DNA of 64,000 nt from Macrostomum lignano. Lineage: Eukaryota. Position numbers and translations under genes: made by a program. Of this stretch, positions 50,906 through 63,262 are shown one piece after another. How positions within the stretch are numbered: position 1 is the first letter of the stretch; the number at the start of each line of letters is the position of its first letter. Location: NCBI GenBank assembly GCA_002269645.1, contig NIVC01000874.1, positions 357,667 to 421,666 of the forward strand. The letters are read 5' to 3'. The notes under the pieces were generated by a model. That model was not told where the DNA came from, searched no databases, and saw only the letters and a list, made by a program, of their open reading frames with translations.

Positions 50906-53159
50906 ACATACTTAATTTTTATCATTCAAATAAACTATAATTAAAATTTAAAAAAACTTTAGGAAGCATTTTCACACAATTTAAGTGCTAATGTTCTAAA
51001 ATTTGTCAGGTATTTAGCTCTATAAATCTGGTCCATACTCAGTATTCAGATTTAACAAAGAAGTATTTTAAGTAGATCACTGGTAATAGTTAATTAGCAA
51101 TATTATTATTAGCTTTACTATAAAATATATATAAATTTTAACTCAATCAATAAATTAATACCAAAGGTGTCTAAACTTTGATTTAGGAATAGAAATTTAA
51201 ATAAAAATACTGATAAAAATTAATATTGGATAGATTTTAATAGTCATGCTTATATAATATTGTAAACCAGAAAAACATTGCAAATTTTTAATTAACATAA
51301 TAGTTTTGTTAAAAATTTAGTGCTTTTAATAGCTTTAGTAACTATGCCTTAGTAACATTGTAAAAATCAACAGTGGTTAAAATAAATGTTTTTTTCACTA
51401 GCAATGGAAAAACTTTTTAATGGAACTGAGCCAGTCACTGCATAAAAATACCTCAAGGTCTTGAAACATGTTTTGATATGTCATTTAAGGTGCACACTAA
51501 ATCAAATTCTCAATTAGAATCCTCCTAAAATAAAACAACATACAATGGATAAATAATCAGCAGTCCCAATGCGTGACAACGATTGTCTGGCGAGCGCCAG
51601 TAGGCATGAGCCATAGACAAATCGTTGTCAGTTGTCACGTGCTGCGACTGCTGATTCTTTGCATTGTTTTTCTGTTTGACAATCCGATGGACAATGCATT
51701 GTTTGTAGTAATGATTGTTCATTGTTTGTAAATATGCGAATAATGATTGTCAAATTGCTAAACAATGTAATAATAAGGCTATTTACAAACAAACTTATAA
51801 TCTACATATTTATCTATATAAGAATACTCAATGTGATATTATACAAATGGCTTGTCCTTTCTATTGTAAAAACTCTAATATTCAATTACACAAGCTTAGA
51901 CTAGTATAGGGGTTCATAAACTCTGGCCTATAGGCCACAGATGGACCAAAAAGATTTTGTGTTTGGCCATTGGGGGTCCTTTGAAATTTTATAATAGCTA
52001 TCTGGCCCACTTAAGGTTTGCCTATTCTTAGCTGTCTTCTCAGTTCTTTCCCCTCTTCTCTTATCTTTTCCCCCCTCTTTTCATCTTATGTCCTTTTTCC
52101 TTTTATTGCTCATCTTTTTTCTCTTCCTTCTCTTTCTATTCAATTTCCTTCACTTTCTGATCTAGACTATATCAATGATCTATATTTTGAATTTATCTAG
52201 GTGAAACACTATATATTAACCTAATTCTACTATACTTGCTAAACCCCTCCCCTAATCATTGGTATCAACACTTTCTACAATCATGTATTATTTACCTTAT
52301 ACTTGCTCTGATTGGCTAGCTATTAATACAATCAATTTATAGTGGCTGGAGTCAATAATAAAGATGAATTTTTTGAACCAATTTGATTCGAATATGAAAT
52401 AATACTAAATAAATATTTCAATCAATTACTTATCTTGCTACTCATTAGTCACTTGTCAGTAGTACTTATTGATGGTTAAATGAATTCATTATAAATAAAC
52501 TGCTATCAAGTCAATTATCAATGTGGACTGACTTTCATTGTTCTATAAATGATCCATTCATTGCTCCATTGTTTGGAAAACTGCCACATAGGTAAGCACT
52601 TTGGTATAGCCATCCATTGCAATGATTAAATTTGCATGAAAATGTTTGGTACACTTGCTGCTAGAAGCAACATCATATTTAATATCTAGCCTTATTCCAT
52701 TTAGCAGCCCTTGATCAGTAGGCTTGCATCTTATCTAATAAAACATACCTAGACCAAATGCCAGCTTTAGGCCTCTGAGTTTGTGAGAAATAGTGCTTCA
52801 AATTCATGTTCTATAATATAAAGCTGAGTGGATCAATTGATCAATCAGGTTTAATGTGTATCTCCTAGATAGCTGGCAACTCAAATGCGGGACTTATATA
52901 TATCAATACAGTCGCAGAATTTTCCTATGCAACAAATAGGGTATTTTGATGTTGAATTTTAAAAAATCATTTGTTAAAAAAACAGAAAACTTTCTTAACT
53001 TTCTTTGGCCACTTTTTCTGCTCTGAAAAAAATTTGCATCAATTTTGAGTGATTAAGCCACAACTTTTTCCTATCTTGAAAATGCATTTTCTCTCCAGAG
53101 AGGGGATAGGGCATTCTAAGTGGTTGCGTTTGTACACTTGGAGCCTTGCTAACTGGTAG

Positions 53160-53760
53160 ACAGTGAAATTCAATGCATAAATTTGCAAGCCTCTCACTGT
53201 AGCAAGCAGTCAATGTACACTCAATATTCCAATGCTAGAAATCGGGAAATTTCAAATGCTAATTGTTCCTTGAGTTTTGAACTTAGAGAGGAGAGACTTA
53301 TATTGCTGGATAGATCTTGCAACGCTGAGTTTGGGGATATAAGTTGTTTGCTTTAAATGTGAAAAAGGAAAAGCACAGCATTTTAAAAATGATTTCTATA
53401 CTTTTAACTTTCTGCAAAGATTGTACTCAGTTTTGCAGGATGTAATAGATAAAGTTGGGGGGGGGGAAGGGTTTATTGCCACTGTGTATTGGAGGGTTGA
53501 TTTAGATTGCAAAATCATTTTGTTAACTTTAACTGAGACTGATACTGGCTGACTGAAAAACTGGTTGCACAATCAATTTATTCAATTAATTCAATATTTT
53601 TTATTGGCATCTTTCAACATGCAGCTCTGTGGAAGCTCTAACCCTAACCCTAACCAATGAATCCTAAGAGTTGAGTTCTTTTTGATAGAGAAAATTTCAA
53701 CTGAGTCCTATTTCCCGGAGAGCATTTCGATAGTGTTCAATTTTATGGAGAGGATTTTTT
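53160..53760. repeat. Dispersed repeat copy A with internal (CCCTAA)n
   Basis: Aligns by eye to the reverse complement of 57620-58170. Confidence 0.75.
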
Positions 53761-54861
53761 GTCTTTAGAGTTGGATGATGGGACTTGGGTCATGGAATTC
53801 AGCTGATAGATTTCAGGGAATAGAATTCCAGTGATAGGAGTTCTTCCCTTTTCTCCTCCAAAAGGAGGAGTTGGCCTTATGTTCTATAAAGTTCATTCTT
53901 AACAATCTTTTTCATAAAGTCTCAAAGCCTCCTAAAACTAAAATAGTTAATCCAAACAAAATGTACTTGTGACTGCTCAACTTAAGCTCAAGCAACCCTG
54001 CTATGCCTTTCCTTAGGATATGCCACATATTGTCTCATTCTTAATCCCCTCCCTCATTTATAAGCCATAAGCCCACAAGTCACAAGTCCATATTTTTTAC
54101 TCTTCAAATCCAAACTTTTTAGTCCTTAATTCCCTAGTTACTATTTATTTCTAATTTTTCCTTTAAGTTATGAGCAACAGCACCAATGCTCAACTCTTGA
54201 CTTGTTCTAAATCTTTATCCTATATCAAAGCAACTATTCAGTATTTAGATTCTCAACTTTTCAATTCAAATTAAATATTCAATCAATTTGATTTAATTCC
54301 AAATATTTATCTTATCTCTAATCATTAACTAGCAAAGTAGAGTATCGACCAAATATATTTATATAGGCAATGAATAAAAAAAGATGCAAGTCTTTTCTTT
54401 ATCAAATACTATGAAACAAACTAATACTAATTAATATATTGCATAGAATTTATTTATTTGTTTATTATTGATTGGCATTTTTCAATTACTATTAATTTAT
54501 TTAAAGTGAATCTTGTTTTGGCTTATAACTTAGAAATTTAGAATAAAAATGATAATAGAATAAATTTACCTAGTCACTTAATGTAGGCTATCATATAGGT
54601 TTCAAAGTTAATATAGCAAATGGTATTAATATATGATCAAGTACTTATCTATAAAAAAACTTAGACTCTTTGCTATTTAATATCAATTTCATTATTAAAA
54701 AAATAGAAAAAGAAAAGCAATTTTTTCCTTTCCCTTTTTATATAAAATTAAAAATGGTGCTTTCTAGGCCTATATCAAGTTATATCTTCTAAGCCTAGAA
54801 TAGAATATTATAATTATCCTATATCTTATTAATGTATTTATAAAACAATTGTATAAAAAGT

Positions 54862-56146
54862 CAGTGGCAGATCTAGGATTTTTTAAGTAGGTGGGGGCGA
54901 TCCCAGGTGGGGGAATACAACGTTTGCTTGTGGGAAGTTTGCTTGCAGGAATTTTGCTAGCCGAACTTTGCTTGCCGAGCTTTGCTAATGGAATTTTGCT
55001 AGCTGAACTTTGCTTGCCGAGCTTTGCTTGCAGAATATTGCTCTCCAAACTTTGCTTGCTGAACTTTGCTTGCCGAATTTTGCTTGCCAAACTTTGCTTG
55101 CCGAACTTTGCTTGTGGAATTTTGCCTGCCGAACTTTGCTTGCTGAACTTTGCTTGCCAAAGTTAGCTTGCAGGAAATTTGCTTGCAGGAATTCTGCTTG
55201 CCGAAGTTTGCTTGCAGGAACTTTGCTTGCCGAACTTTGCTTGCGGAATTTTGATGTCTGCTTCCTAGAAATTTGCAATCACAATTGCAAGGTTTTAACT
55301 TGCCAAATTAGAATATTTTCTTGTCTGCTTGCTTGTTTTGATTGCTTGTGAAGTTGGTCCGTCAATTATTATTACTACAGATGCTTTGCAAGTGGATTCT
55401 TATCAGCATCAATGTAAACTGACTTGACACCGAGCTTTCAAACTAGGCTTATAGAGTTTCATTCTAAGAATTTAAGGGTTGCAATATAAAGCTGTCGTAG
55501 TATAAGTTCAATTGTACGTCGAAACTTTTACACTACAGAGATGGGAGCTAAGAACAATCTTATCTTACAATGTTCTGCATTAGGGCTTTTCAAATCTGCA
55601 TATCCTCATACAAAATCATAACACTATAGGCAACTTCCACAAATCTTAGAAAACAAAAATTAGAAATACAAGAGCTCAATAATAGGTTCTCTAAGGTTCC
55701 GCAAGAAAACTATGGCTGGCAAATCTTGGCAAGCAAAGTTCCTGCAAGCAAACTTTGGCAAGCTTATGTGCAGCAAGCAAATTTCCAGCAAGCAAAGCTC
55801 GGTAAGCAAACTTTGGCAGGCAAAATTCCGCAAGCAAAATTCTGCAAGCAAAGTTTGGCAAGCAAAGTTTGGCAAGCAAAATTTGGCAAGCAAAAGGCAG
55901 ACAAAGTTTGGCAAGCAGACTTTGGCAAGCAAATTTCTGCAAGCAAAAGTCCTGCAAGCAAACTTTGGCAAGCAAACTTCTTGCAAGCAAATTTCATAGA
56001 CCCCCTGGGTGGATAGGCCTAACTTTTTGGGTTGGCCTATAATAAGCTTTAAATAAGCCAAAAATTGCAATACTCCCCCTTATATGCAAGTTCAGCCATG
56101 GCAAAAGAGGGAGACAACCCTCTGCCTCTTTTTGGATCCACTACTA
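54862..56146. mobile_element. Non-autonomous hAT-like element (MITE) with inverted internal subrepeat arrays
   Basis: Ends CAGTGGCAGATC and GGATCCACTACTA (decayed TIR pair); flanks TAAAAAGT/TATAAAGT (8-bp TSD, 1 mismatch); arrays 54925-55255 and 55695-55990 are mutually inverted. Confidence 0.65.
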
Positions 56147-56379
56147 TATAAAGTCAAAATAGCTTTGCAATGGATTTAAATTTTAATAGGTTTAAATTTA
56201 TTACCATTTAAATTTTAGGCTTAACAAGTGGAACTCCTCCTTCGGAGGAGAAAGGGGAAGAACTCCCATCACCGGAATTCCATTCCCTGAATTATCCATC
56301 AACTGAAATTCCATGTCTTGAATCCCATCTTCCAAATTGTCTCCAAATTCTTTACAAACCTTTCAAAGACCATAGCTCA

Positions 56380-57500
56380 ACAGACACTTACGTCTCTCAT
56401 ATCTACTCTCTCCTCTCTTCGCTATTATCGTGACTCGCTTCTCTCTCCTCTCTCTCATCTCATCTCTACCCCTACTCTCTTATTTATCTCTACTCCCTTA
56501 TTTATCTCTTCTCCCTCGTCTTTCGTCTTTCTCTTCTCCCTCTCCTGTCTACTCTCCTATCTTCTATCTTATCTCTCCCCTTTTTTCTCCTCTCTCATAT
56601 CTCATCTCTAATCACTTATCTATCGTCTCCGCTCTACTTTCTCTCTTCCCTTTTCTCTCTTCTCTCTGCTCTCATTTCTCGTATCTCTTATACGCTCTCA
56701 ACCTCTCCTTTCTTATCTCCCATTTTTCTTCCTTCCTTTCTACTGCATCACCTGTCTCTCTCCTCTCTTTTCTCTCCTCTCCATTCTCTCTTCTCTCCTC
56801 TCATCTCCCCTCATCTCTTCTCTAATCTCTAATCTCTTCTCTCTCTTATTTTCTCACTCATCTCTTTTCTCATTGCATCTCTCATCTCTCCTCTCTCTCT
56901 CCTCTCATCTGTACTATCTTATTTATCTCTTCTCCCAGGTCTTTCAAATTTACTCTCTCCTGTCTCCTCTCTCCCCTCGTCTTTCCTCTCTCATATCTCT
57001 TCTCTACTCACTTATCTATTCTCTCTCCTCTGCTCCCCTTTTACACTTTCCTATATGCTCTCACTCTCACCCTCCCCTTTCTTATCTGCTGTTTTTACAC
57101 TCCTTTCTACCACCTGTCTCCTCTCGTTTCTCTCTTCTCTGCACTCTCATCTTTACCCTCTTCTTTCTCCTCACTACTTTCTTCTCTTAAATCTCTGATC
57201 TCTGATCTTTCATCTCTCTCCTCTCACCTCTCACCTCTCTCCTCTCTTTCCTCTCTTCTATTGCCTCTGTACGCTCTTATCCCTCCTTTCTTCTCTCTCC
57301 TGTCTCCTCTCTGCTATCTCATATCTCCTCTCTCATATCCTCTCCCTTCATCTCCTCTCTCCTCTTCTCTTCTCTCTCCTTCGTTCCCGCCTTACTCCCC
57401 TCTTCTCTCCCATCTGTCATGTCTAATTTCTCTACTTATTTCTACTCTGTTTTCTATCATCTCATCTCTCTTCTCTTTTCATTCTTCTCTTTACTCTTTT
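56380..57500. repeat. CT-rich low-complexity tract
   Basis: Polypyrimidine, degenerate (TCTC). Confidence 0.9.
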
Positions 57501-57619
57501 CTCTGACTGATTGAAGATGCCAAATCTATCAAGATCTTCTCCGCGAAGCAGAAATCCTGTCCGTGAAGCTGAACATCAGCGAAATCCTCTCCGTGAAACT
57601 GAACACCATCGAAATCCTC

Positions 57620-58170
57620 TCCACGAAACAGAAATCCTCTCCGTCAAAATTAAAACATTGAAATTGTCTCCGCTAAACTGGACTCAATCGAATTTTTTCC
57701 GTCAAACAACTCAACTCTCCAGATTCATTGGTTAGGGTTAGGGTTAGGGTTAGGGTTAGAACTACGCACAGGTTCGTGTTAAAAGGCACTGATAAAAATA
57801 TTGAACTAATTGAATCAATTCATTGCGCAACTGATTTCACAGTCAGTCAGTCAATCTAAATCAACCCTCCAATACACAGCAGCAGTGAGAAGTTGAACCC
57901 TCCCCCCAACTTTATCTATTACGTCTCGCAAAACTGATTACAATTTTTGCAAAAAGTTAAAAGTATGGGAATAATTTTCCCAATGAAAAGCTTTTAGTTT
58001 TCATATATAAAGCAAACAACTTATATCCTCGAACTCTGCGTTGCAAGATCTTTCCAGCAATATAAGTTTCTCCTCTCAAAGTTTAAAACTCGAGGAACAG
58101 TTAGCGTTTGAAATTTACCGATCTCCCGACTGCTTGCTAGAGAAGCTCGCAATTCATTGAATTTCACTGC
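57620..58170. repeat. Dispersed repeat copy B (inverted) with internal (TTAGGG)n
   Basis: TTAGGG-type tract at 57730-57759; homologous to 53160-53760. Confidence 0.75.
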
Positions 58171-58983
58171 TAAGCTAATACACAGGGATGCCTATGGAGA
58201 AAAAAGGCGCCAATAATAAAACCAATTGAATCTCGACACAGTCCTGATTCCTATCTATCTGTTTACACTGTACAACTGCTATGTACACTCAGCCCAAGCC
58301 CAACCCCCATTCTGGGGGAAGCATTAAATTTAACTGAACCCCCCCAACACGCGGGGGGTTTTATTTCCACTCGCACCCACCACCCCTCAATACACAGCGG
58401 CCCGCGGGCGGAGGTTGGGGTGGCTATTTTTAAAAACTGGCTGCAGCCCCAGGCAGAGTGGCCAAAGAAGGTTATTAGGGGTTTAAAAAGCAGTTTTCTG
58501 CTTTTTTAGGGATGTTAAAATGTGAAAATTAAAAATTAAAATAGCCTAAAGCCTGCTCCGGAAAATTTGCAGTTTTCCCATATAAGTTTCAACGCTGACT
58601 TGGCAGAATTGTAGGAGTTCACTTGCAACACACAAACATCGCGTCAGGTTTAGTATTAGGATGGCAATATACTTTAATGTAAGTATTAAATTGCAATTAT
58701 TTCCATAAATATATTAACTTGAAAAACAAACTTTTTAGTTTTATGAAAACATAGGTTCATCTAGATTTTAAGTATGATAATATTTATACTTAAATACCTT
58801 TTCTTTATAAAGGTTTAAGACTAGTAATAAGCTTCAAACTTATCTATATATTTTAATTTTATATTAAATTTAAGCCAAGGTGTCAATTGCATGCCAGAAT
58901 GCAATTCCTAGTTTAGTTAGACCTAAGTAAATACATAAGATTTTATACCAAAAAGGTAACAATTCCCTAATAAAATATATACC

Positions 58984-60108
58984 TAGGGGTCTTAAATCCC
59001 AGACATTTTACAATCCTGAGATCCTAGACAAAAAATTGACCCAATCCTGGGATCCCGGGCCAATCCTGGGATTGAACAAACACACTTACAAGAAGCTTTC
59101 CATTGTCCACAAAACAATTTCTCAACCAATTTGAGCATCATTTGGGTTTCTACTTTCTATTTCTAGCTTATATAAGAACTGCATTGATAAAATAGTTGAA
59201 GTTAGTTGTTAGTTGTATTTTTTTTATTAGAGGCAGGGGGGTTATGTGCACCCTGGTGCACTTTAAGCAACATAGGCACACAACCGGTGAGAGGCATTAC
59301 TGCTCATTCCGCCGACTCCCCTGAGCAGGCATACAAGCGCGCGGATACATATGCAGGCACACACTCACATGGGAGTGTACAATGGCCCTAACTATCCTTA
59401 GGCATGTATACTTCACTGCGCCTTGGGGGGTTGGCTCTCAAGGCCATTAATTGCACAAGTAGAGCCAAGCCGAGATTCCAATTTAGCCCCAAATTAATGT
59501 GACTGCACTTGGAATTGAGCCTGAATCGCTGGCACACCAGAGCAGCTGCGCTACCGCTGGGCTACAGCCCCCCCCCTATTGTTAGTTGTTGATATATACT
59601 AAACTATACCCTCTTCCCTTGGATTAGCACTATATATATTGCACTAATGCCTCTTTCTGCCCCTAACATAGGCCATATCACACACATACAGAGACTCAGA
59701 CTCAGAACTCAGTCTGTACCGGCATATCCCATGCCCTTTTTTCACTTTCCCTTCCTTAACTGTGCCTGCACACTGCAGCAGGGTCTGGGCTAGTAGGCCC
59801 AGTGTCTAGGCCATTGCCACTTAGACAATTAGAGTCTTAGAACCTCTTAGAAGATTAGAACCAAACCCCTTAGTCTAGTGATTAGTAGTGCTTGATACAG
59901 TTGATTAATAGTCTACTGTCTTTTATTCTATAACTTTATTCTCAATCTCAGGATACAAAAATTCTCTCAAAACTGTAATGTGCTAACTGCAAGATGAAAA
60001 ATATTCATTTTTGTAAAGTGTAAATTCCAATCCCATGTTTATTGGGATCCCAAACCCCAGGATCCCGAACACTAACAAAAAGCTAAGATCCCAGGATTGG
60101 GACCCCTA
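58984..60108. mobile_element. Non-autonomous hAT-like element (MITE)
   Basis: TIR TAGGGGTC...GACCCCTA, subterminal CAATCCTGGGAT motifs, perfect 8-bp TSD TATATACC on both sides. Confidence 0.75.
59217..59578 (-). mobile_element. tRNA-derived SINE nested in the MITE
   Basis: 5' GGGGGGCTGTAGCCCAGCGG (A box) and GGCTCAATTCC (degenerate B box); A8 tail; 11-bp TSD TTGTTAGTTGT at 59206-59216 and 59579-59589. Confidence 0.75.
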
Positions 60109-60744
60109 TATATACCAAAATTTAGGCCTATCCAAAGAAGGTAATTTGACTTTGTAAGTAAATTAAAATTATTACCTTATTTTTAGCAATTAGTTTTCAT
60201 TATAATAATCTTAAGAAATATAAATTATTATTGACTTTTTTATTAAGGATTACATAGGCCTATAAGATAAATTATATCTTGTAATTTTATCTAAAAATGC
60301 TAGCCAAATAACATTATAATTTTTAGGTTAAATTTATCTATAGTGTAGACCTACTCTAAAATTTATTTGCATTTTTTATTCACTAGGCCTAAAATTTGTA
60401 TACCAGATACATATATTGATTGGGACTTAGAAAAGAAATTGGTCCCACCTACCTACCTGTTATAAAATCATTATAACAAACTAGACCTAAAAAACCTGGT
60501 TAAAAAAACAAAAAAAGAATTTTCTATGAAAATGAAATATAATAAAAGTTAGAAATCCACTATAAACAAATAATAATATTAGGAAATACTCAGAAGAGTG
60601 TCCTAATTAGGAAAAATTAGGAAATATTATTAGGAAATATTTGTTCAGCATATTCTTCTTGAACATTATTTCTTGCTAGACTCTAGTTGAAAATTTTCTT
60701 TTTTGCACTTACTCTTCAATTGCCAATTTCTCAACATAACAGAA

Positions 60745-60870
60745 GGTTGAAAAAGGTCGTGGCCACCGCCCCCTCTTTTGCAGTGGCTGAACTTGCATAT
60801 AAGGGGTATTGTAATTTTGGGCTGATTTGGGGCTTATTTAGGTCCAACCCAAAAAGTTGGTTCTATCCCT
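60745..60870. repeat. Partial inverted copy of the 56010-56115 MITE end
   Basis: Shared CCCTCTTTTGC..TGGCTGAACTTGCATATAAGGGG and CCAACCCAAAAAGTT. Confidence 0.6.
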
Positions 60871-62535
60871 TACTTTTCTACTTTTTTGGATTTTGGATTT
60901 TGGATTCAAATTTTTGTATCTACCAGTGCCCATATATTTTCTATGTATGCGATGCGATTTTTACTGATATAGAGCGTTCTACGTATTTTAACGATTATCA
61001 TCTCATGTGCCACAAGCGTCACGCATAAGCCATTTGCCGATGTATCATTATTATATGAAAAGAATGCAAGATTGCTTACTTTTACTGGACACTCTAGTAC
61101 AGTAATTTCTTTATTCAGTCTTTTTGAACTTTTGAAATCATTTGTTAAATATTAACAAAATGTAGCATTTGATTGGGAGAAGCAGGCTGTTTAAACGTAA
61201 ATAAATATAGGCAAGGAAGACGTTTCAAAAACATTTCTTTGTGATTTGGTCCTATGGCATTGAATGGACACTAAAACTGACAGTTGTTAAAAAATGAAAC
61301 TAAACCTGGCCAGCACTACCCTGGCAGTATGGCCGGCAAAATGCCAAGAGACGAGAGAAACTCTTAAAGAGAAATCAGTAAGGTAGACTTCTACTACTCA
61401 AATAACATCTATCTGATTAGCAAATTAATAGACTAAATATATGCTCAAACAAGTACATGTACATCATGTATTGAGTAGTTCAGAAACCGCAGAGCTCTCC
61501 ACCACCTAGAAGAGGCTTCCCGTACATCCCTCCTGTATACACTGCATATGTATATGTATCGATAGGAATTTGCTTGTACATGTATATTGTGCTCGTAGTG
61601 TACATACAGCTGCTATCATTTATAAATATGCAAATGATCTGAGAAGCTGCAGCTAGGTCTCTCGCTCTCTCTAAGCCTTTCGAGGATTCATTAAAAGCAA
61701 TAAAGAACGTACAGCTCGTATGCCTGCTGCAGCCTGCATCGAAAGATGCGACAAAACAAGCAATGCAGCCAAACCTCATGATTGCATTGTGCTATTTTCA
61801 TCATTATTGTTCTTTTCTCAGCTGCCACACTAAAACTTCTGTCTCTGTCTTCTGCACTTGCATTTACTGTACAGTTCAATAGTCTTTGCCATTCTGCCCT
61901 GGCTAGCAATTAAACGAGCGTACATCACATCACAGCACAGCTCTGCTTGCATAAATTAACTAAGAAAACTGAATGGACTACTCCAGTGGTTCGTGAAGCG
62001 TATGTACATGTATGAGTGCGTGTCTGCGTACAATATCCGCGAGTCCGTATGTCGCGGAGTCGGCGGAATAGCAAAATTGCATCAGCTCTGGTTGTCGGAC
62101 GATGTCGCCTCCTGCCATTTAATTTATCAGGGTATATGTCATATGAAAATTCGGCGAGTATGCTTTATTGGGGTTTCCCAATGACCACTGAGCGGCGTAC
62201 TCAGCAAAGCTCAAATTCTGTCACCCCTTAGCAAGGAATCTTCTCTGCCACTCCTCCTGCACAAAGTGCGCAACGAATTCGCTAAAAATTTCGTCAGTAA
62301 GCGGACAACTAATTTTTTCCGTCCTTGATGTCACACACAAGAATGGAAAAACTTCAATAGAATTTGCAATGCCTCAAGGAAACACATTGTCACTTTATAT
62401 CAAGGTTGTAGACTGCTAGTCAGTTTTAAAAATAATTCAATAGCATTGTGCTCTTGCTGTCTACAGTTTATAAGGCAGCACAGAGAAATATTGACTCGAT
62501 AACTGAGTTAAGCACAGGTGCAATTAGAAACTGAC

Positions 62536-62928
62536 ATGGAGATTGTAGTGAAGATTCCCACGGCCATAGAAACTGCCACTGAGGAGCATCGCAATTCGAG
62601 GGAGCCCGACTCCGACTGCCAAACGCGGTGCAACTGCTTGTTCAAGTGGTTCTTCCTGCCCGGCATTGTCATCATCTACATGTTGCAGTTCGTGCTAGAC
62701 TGCATTTGCTACACAGAGATTCTTCCATTCAATTCGACCACCTGTCCCGAAGACCTTTTGCGATATTGCAGCTGCGAGAACGGAAAATGCATTGCCAGCA
62801 TCAACCACCTGCGCCCGATCTATGTCTTCTTCCTGGTGATGTCCTCCCTGGTCCTGTTCTGTTTGCTTGTCATCTTTATTATATCCTGCTGCAGCTCCGA
62901 GTATCGAGGTGAGCCAACTTTCAACTGA
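62536..62928 (+). CDS. Hypothetical two-TM, Cys-rich membrane protein (130 aa)
   Basis: Two hydrophobic stretches around a Cys-rich loop with NST sequon; C-ending codons abundant; acceptor-like cacag| just upstream. Confidence 0.55.
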   Translation: MEIVVKIPTAIETATEEHRNSREPDSDCQTRCNCLFKWFFLPGIVIIYMLQFVLDCICYTEILPFNSTTCPEDLLRYCSCENGKCIASINHLRPIYVFFLVMSSLVLFCLLVIFIISCCSSEYRGEPTFN

Positions 62929-63262
62929 GGCAGACAATGTCTCCATGAATTCAATTACGAGCTCACGAGCATCATTGCCAGCATCCTTAAACCCTCTAAG
63001 CATGGCATCATTGATAGAAAAAAAATCAATTTCAGACGTTAATCCAAATTGGACGGGATCGAACACGGAAGCTGCCACCCAAGGTGAGATCTCGTATCTG
63101 CCTTCCCTACTAAGCTCAAACTGAGCTCTATCCCGCTGCTGAACCAAAAAGTCACTGAGTCCAGAGTCAGCAGCTGATAAAGGATCACAGCGCCCTCTAA
63201 ACGCAGTCCATACGTAACCATTCCCCCATCCAGAGATTCCTGGCTACGCGAGAGTCAAATGG

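Noticed and set aside
57730-57759. Telomere fusion or chromosome-healing site
   Set aside because: Homology between the two arms continues on both sides of the TTAGGG tracts, so they are internal to a repeat family.
59500-59578. Functional tRNA gene
   Set aside because: Degenerate B box, no convincing cloverleaf, followed by a SINE body, A tail and TSD.
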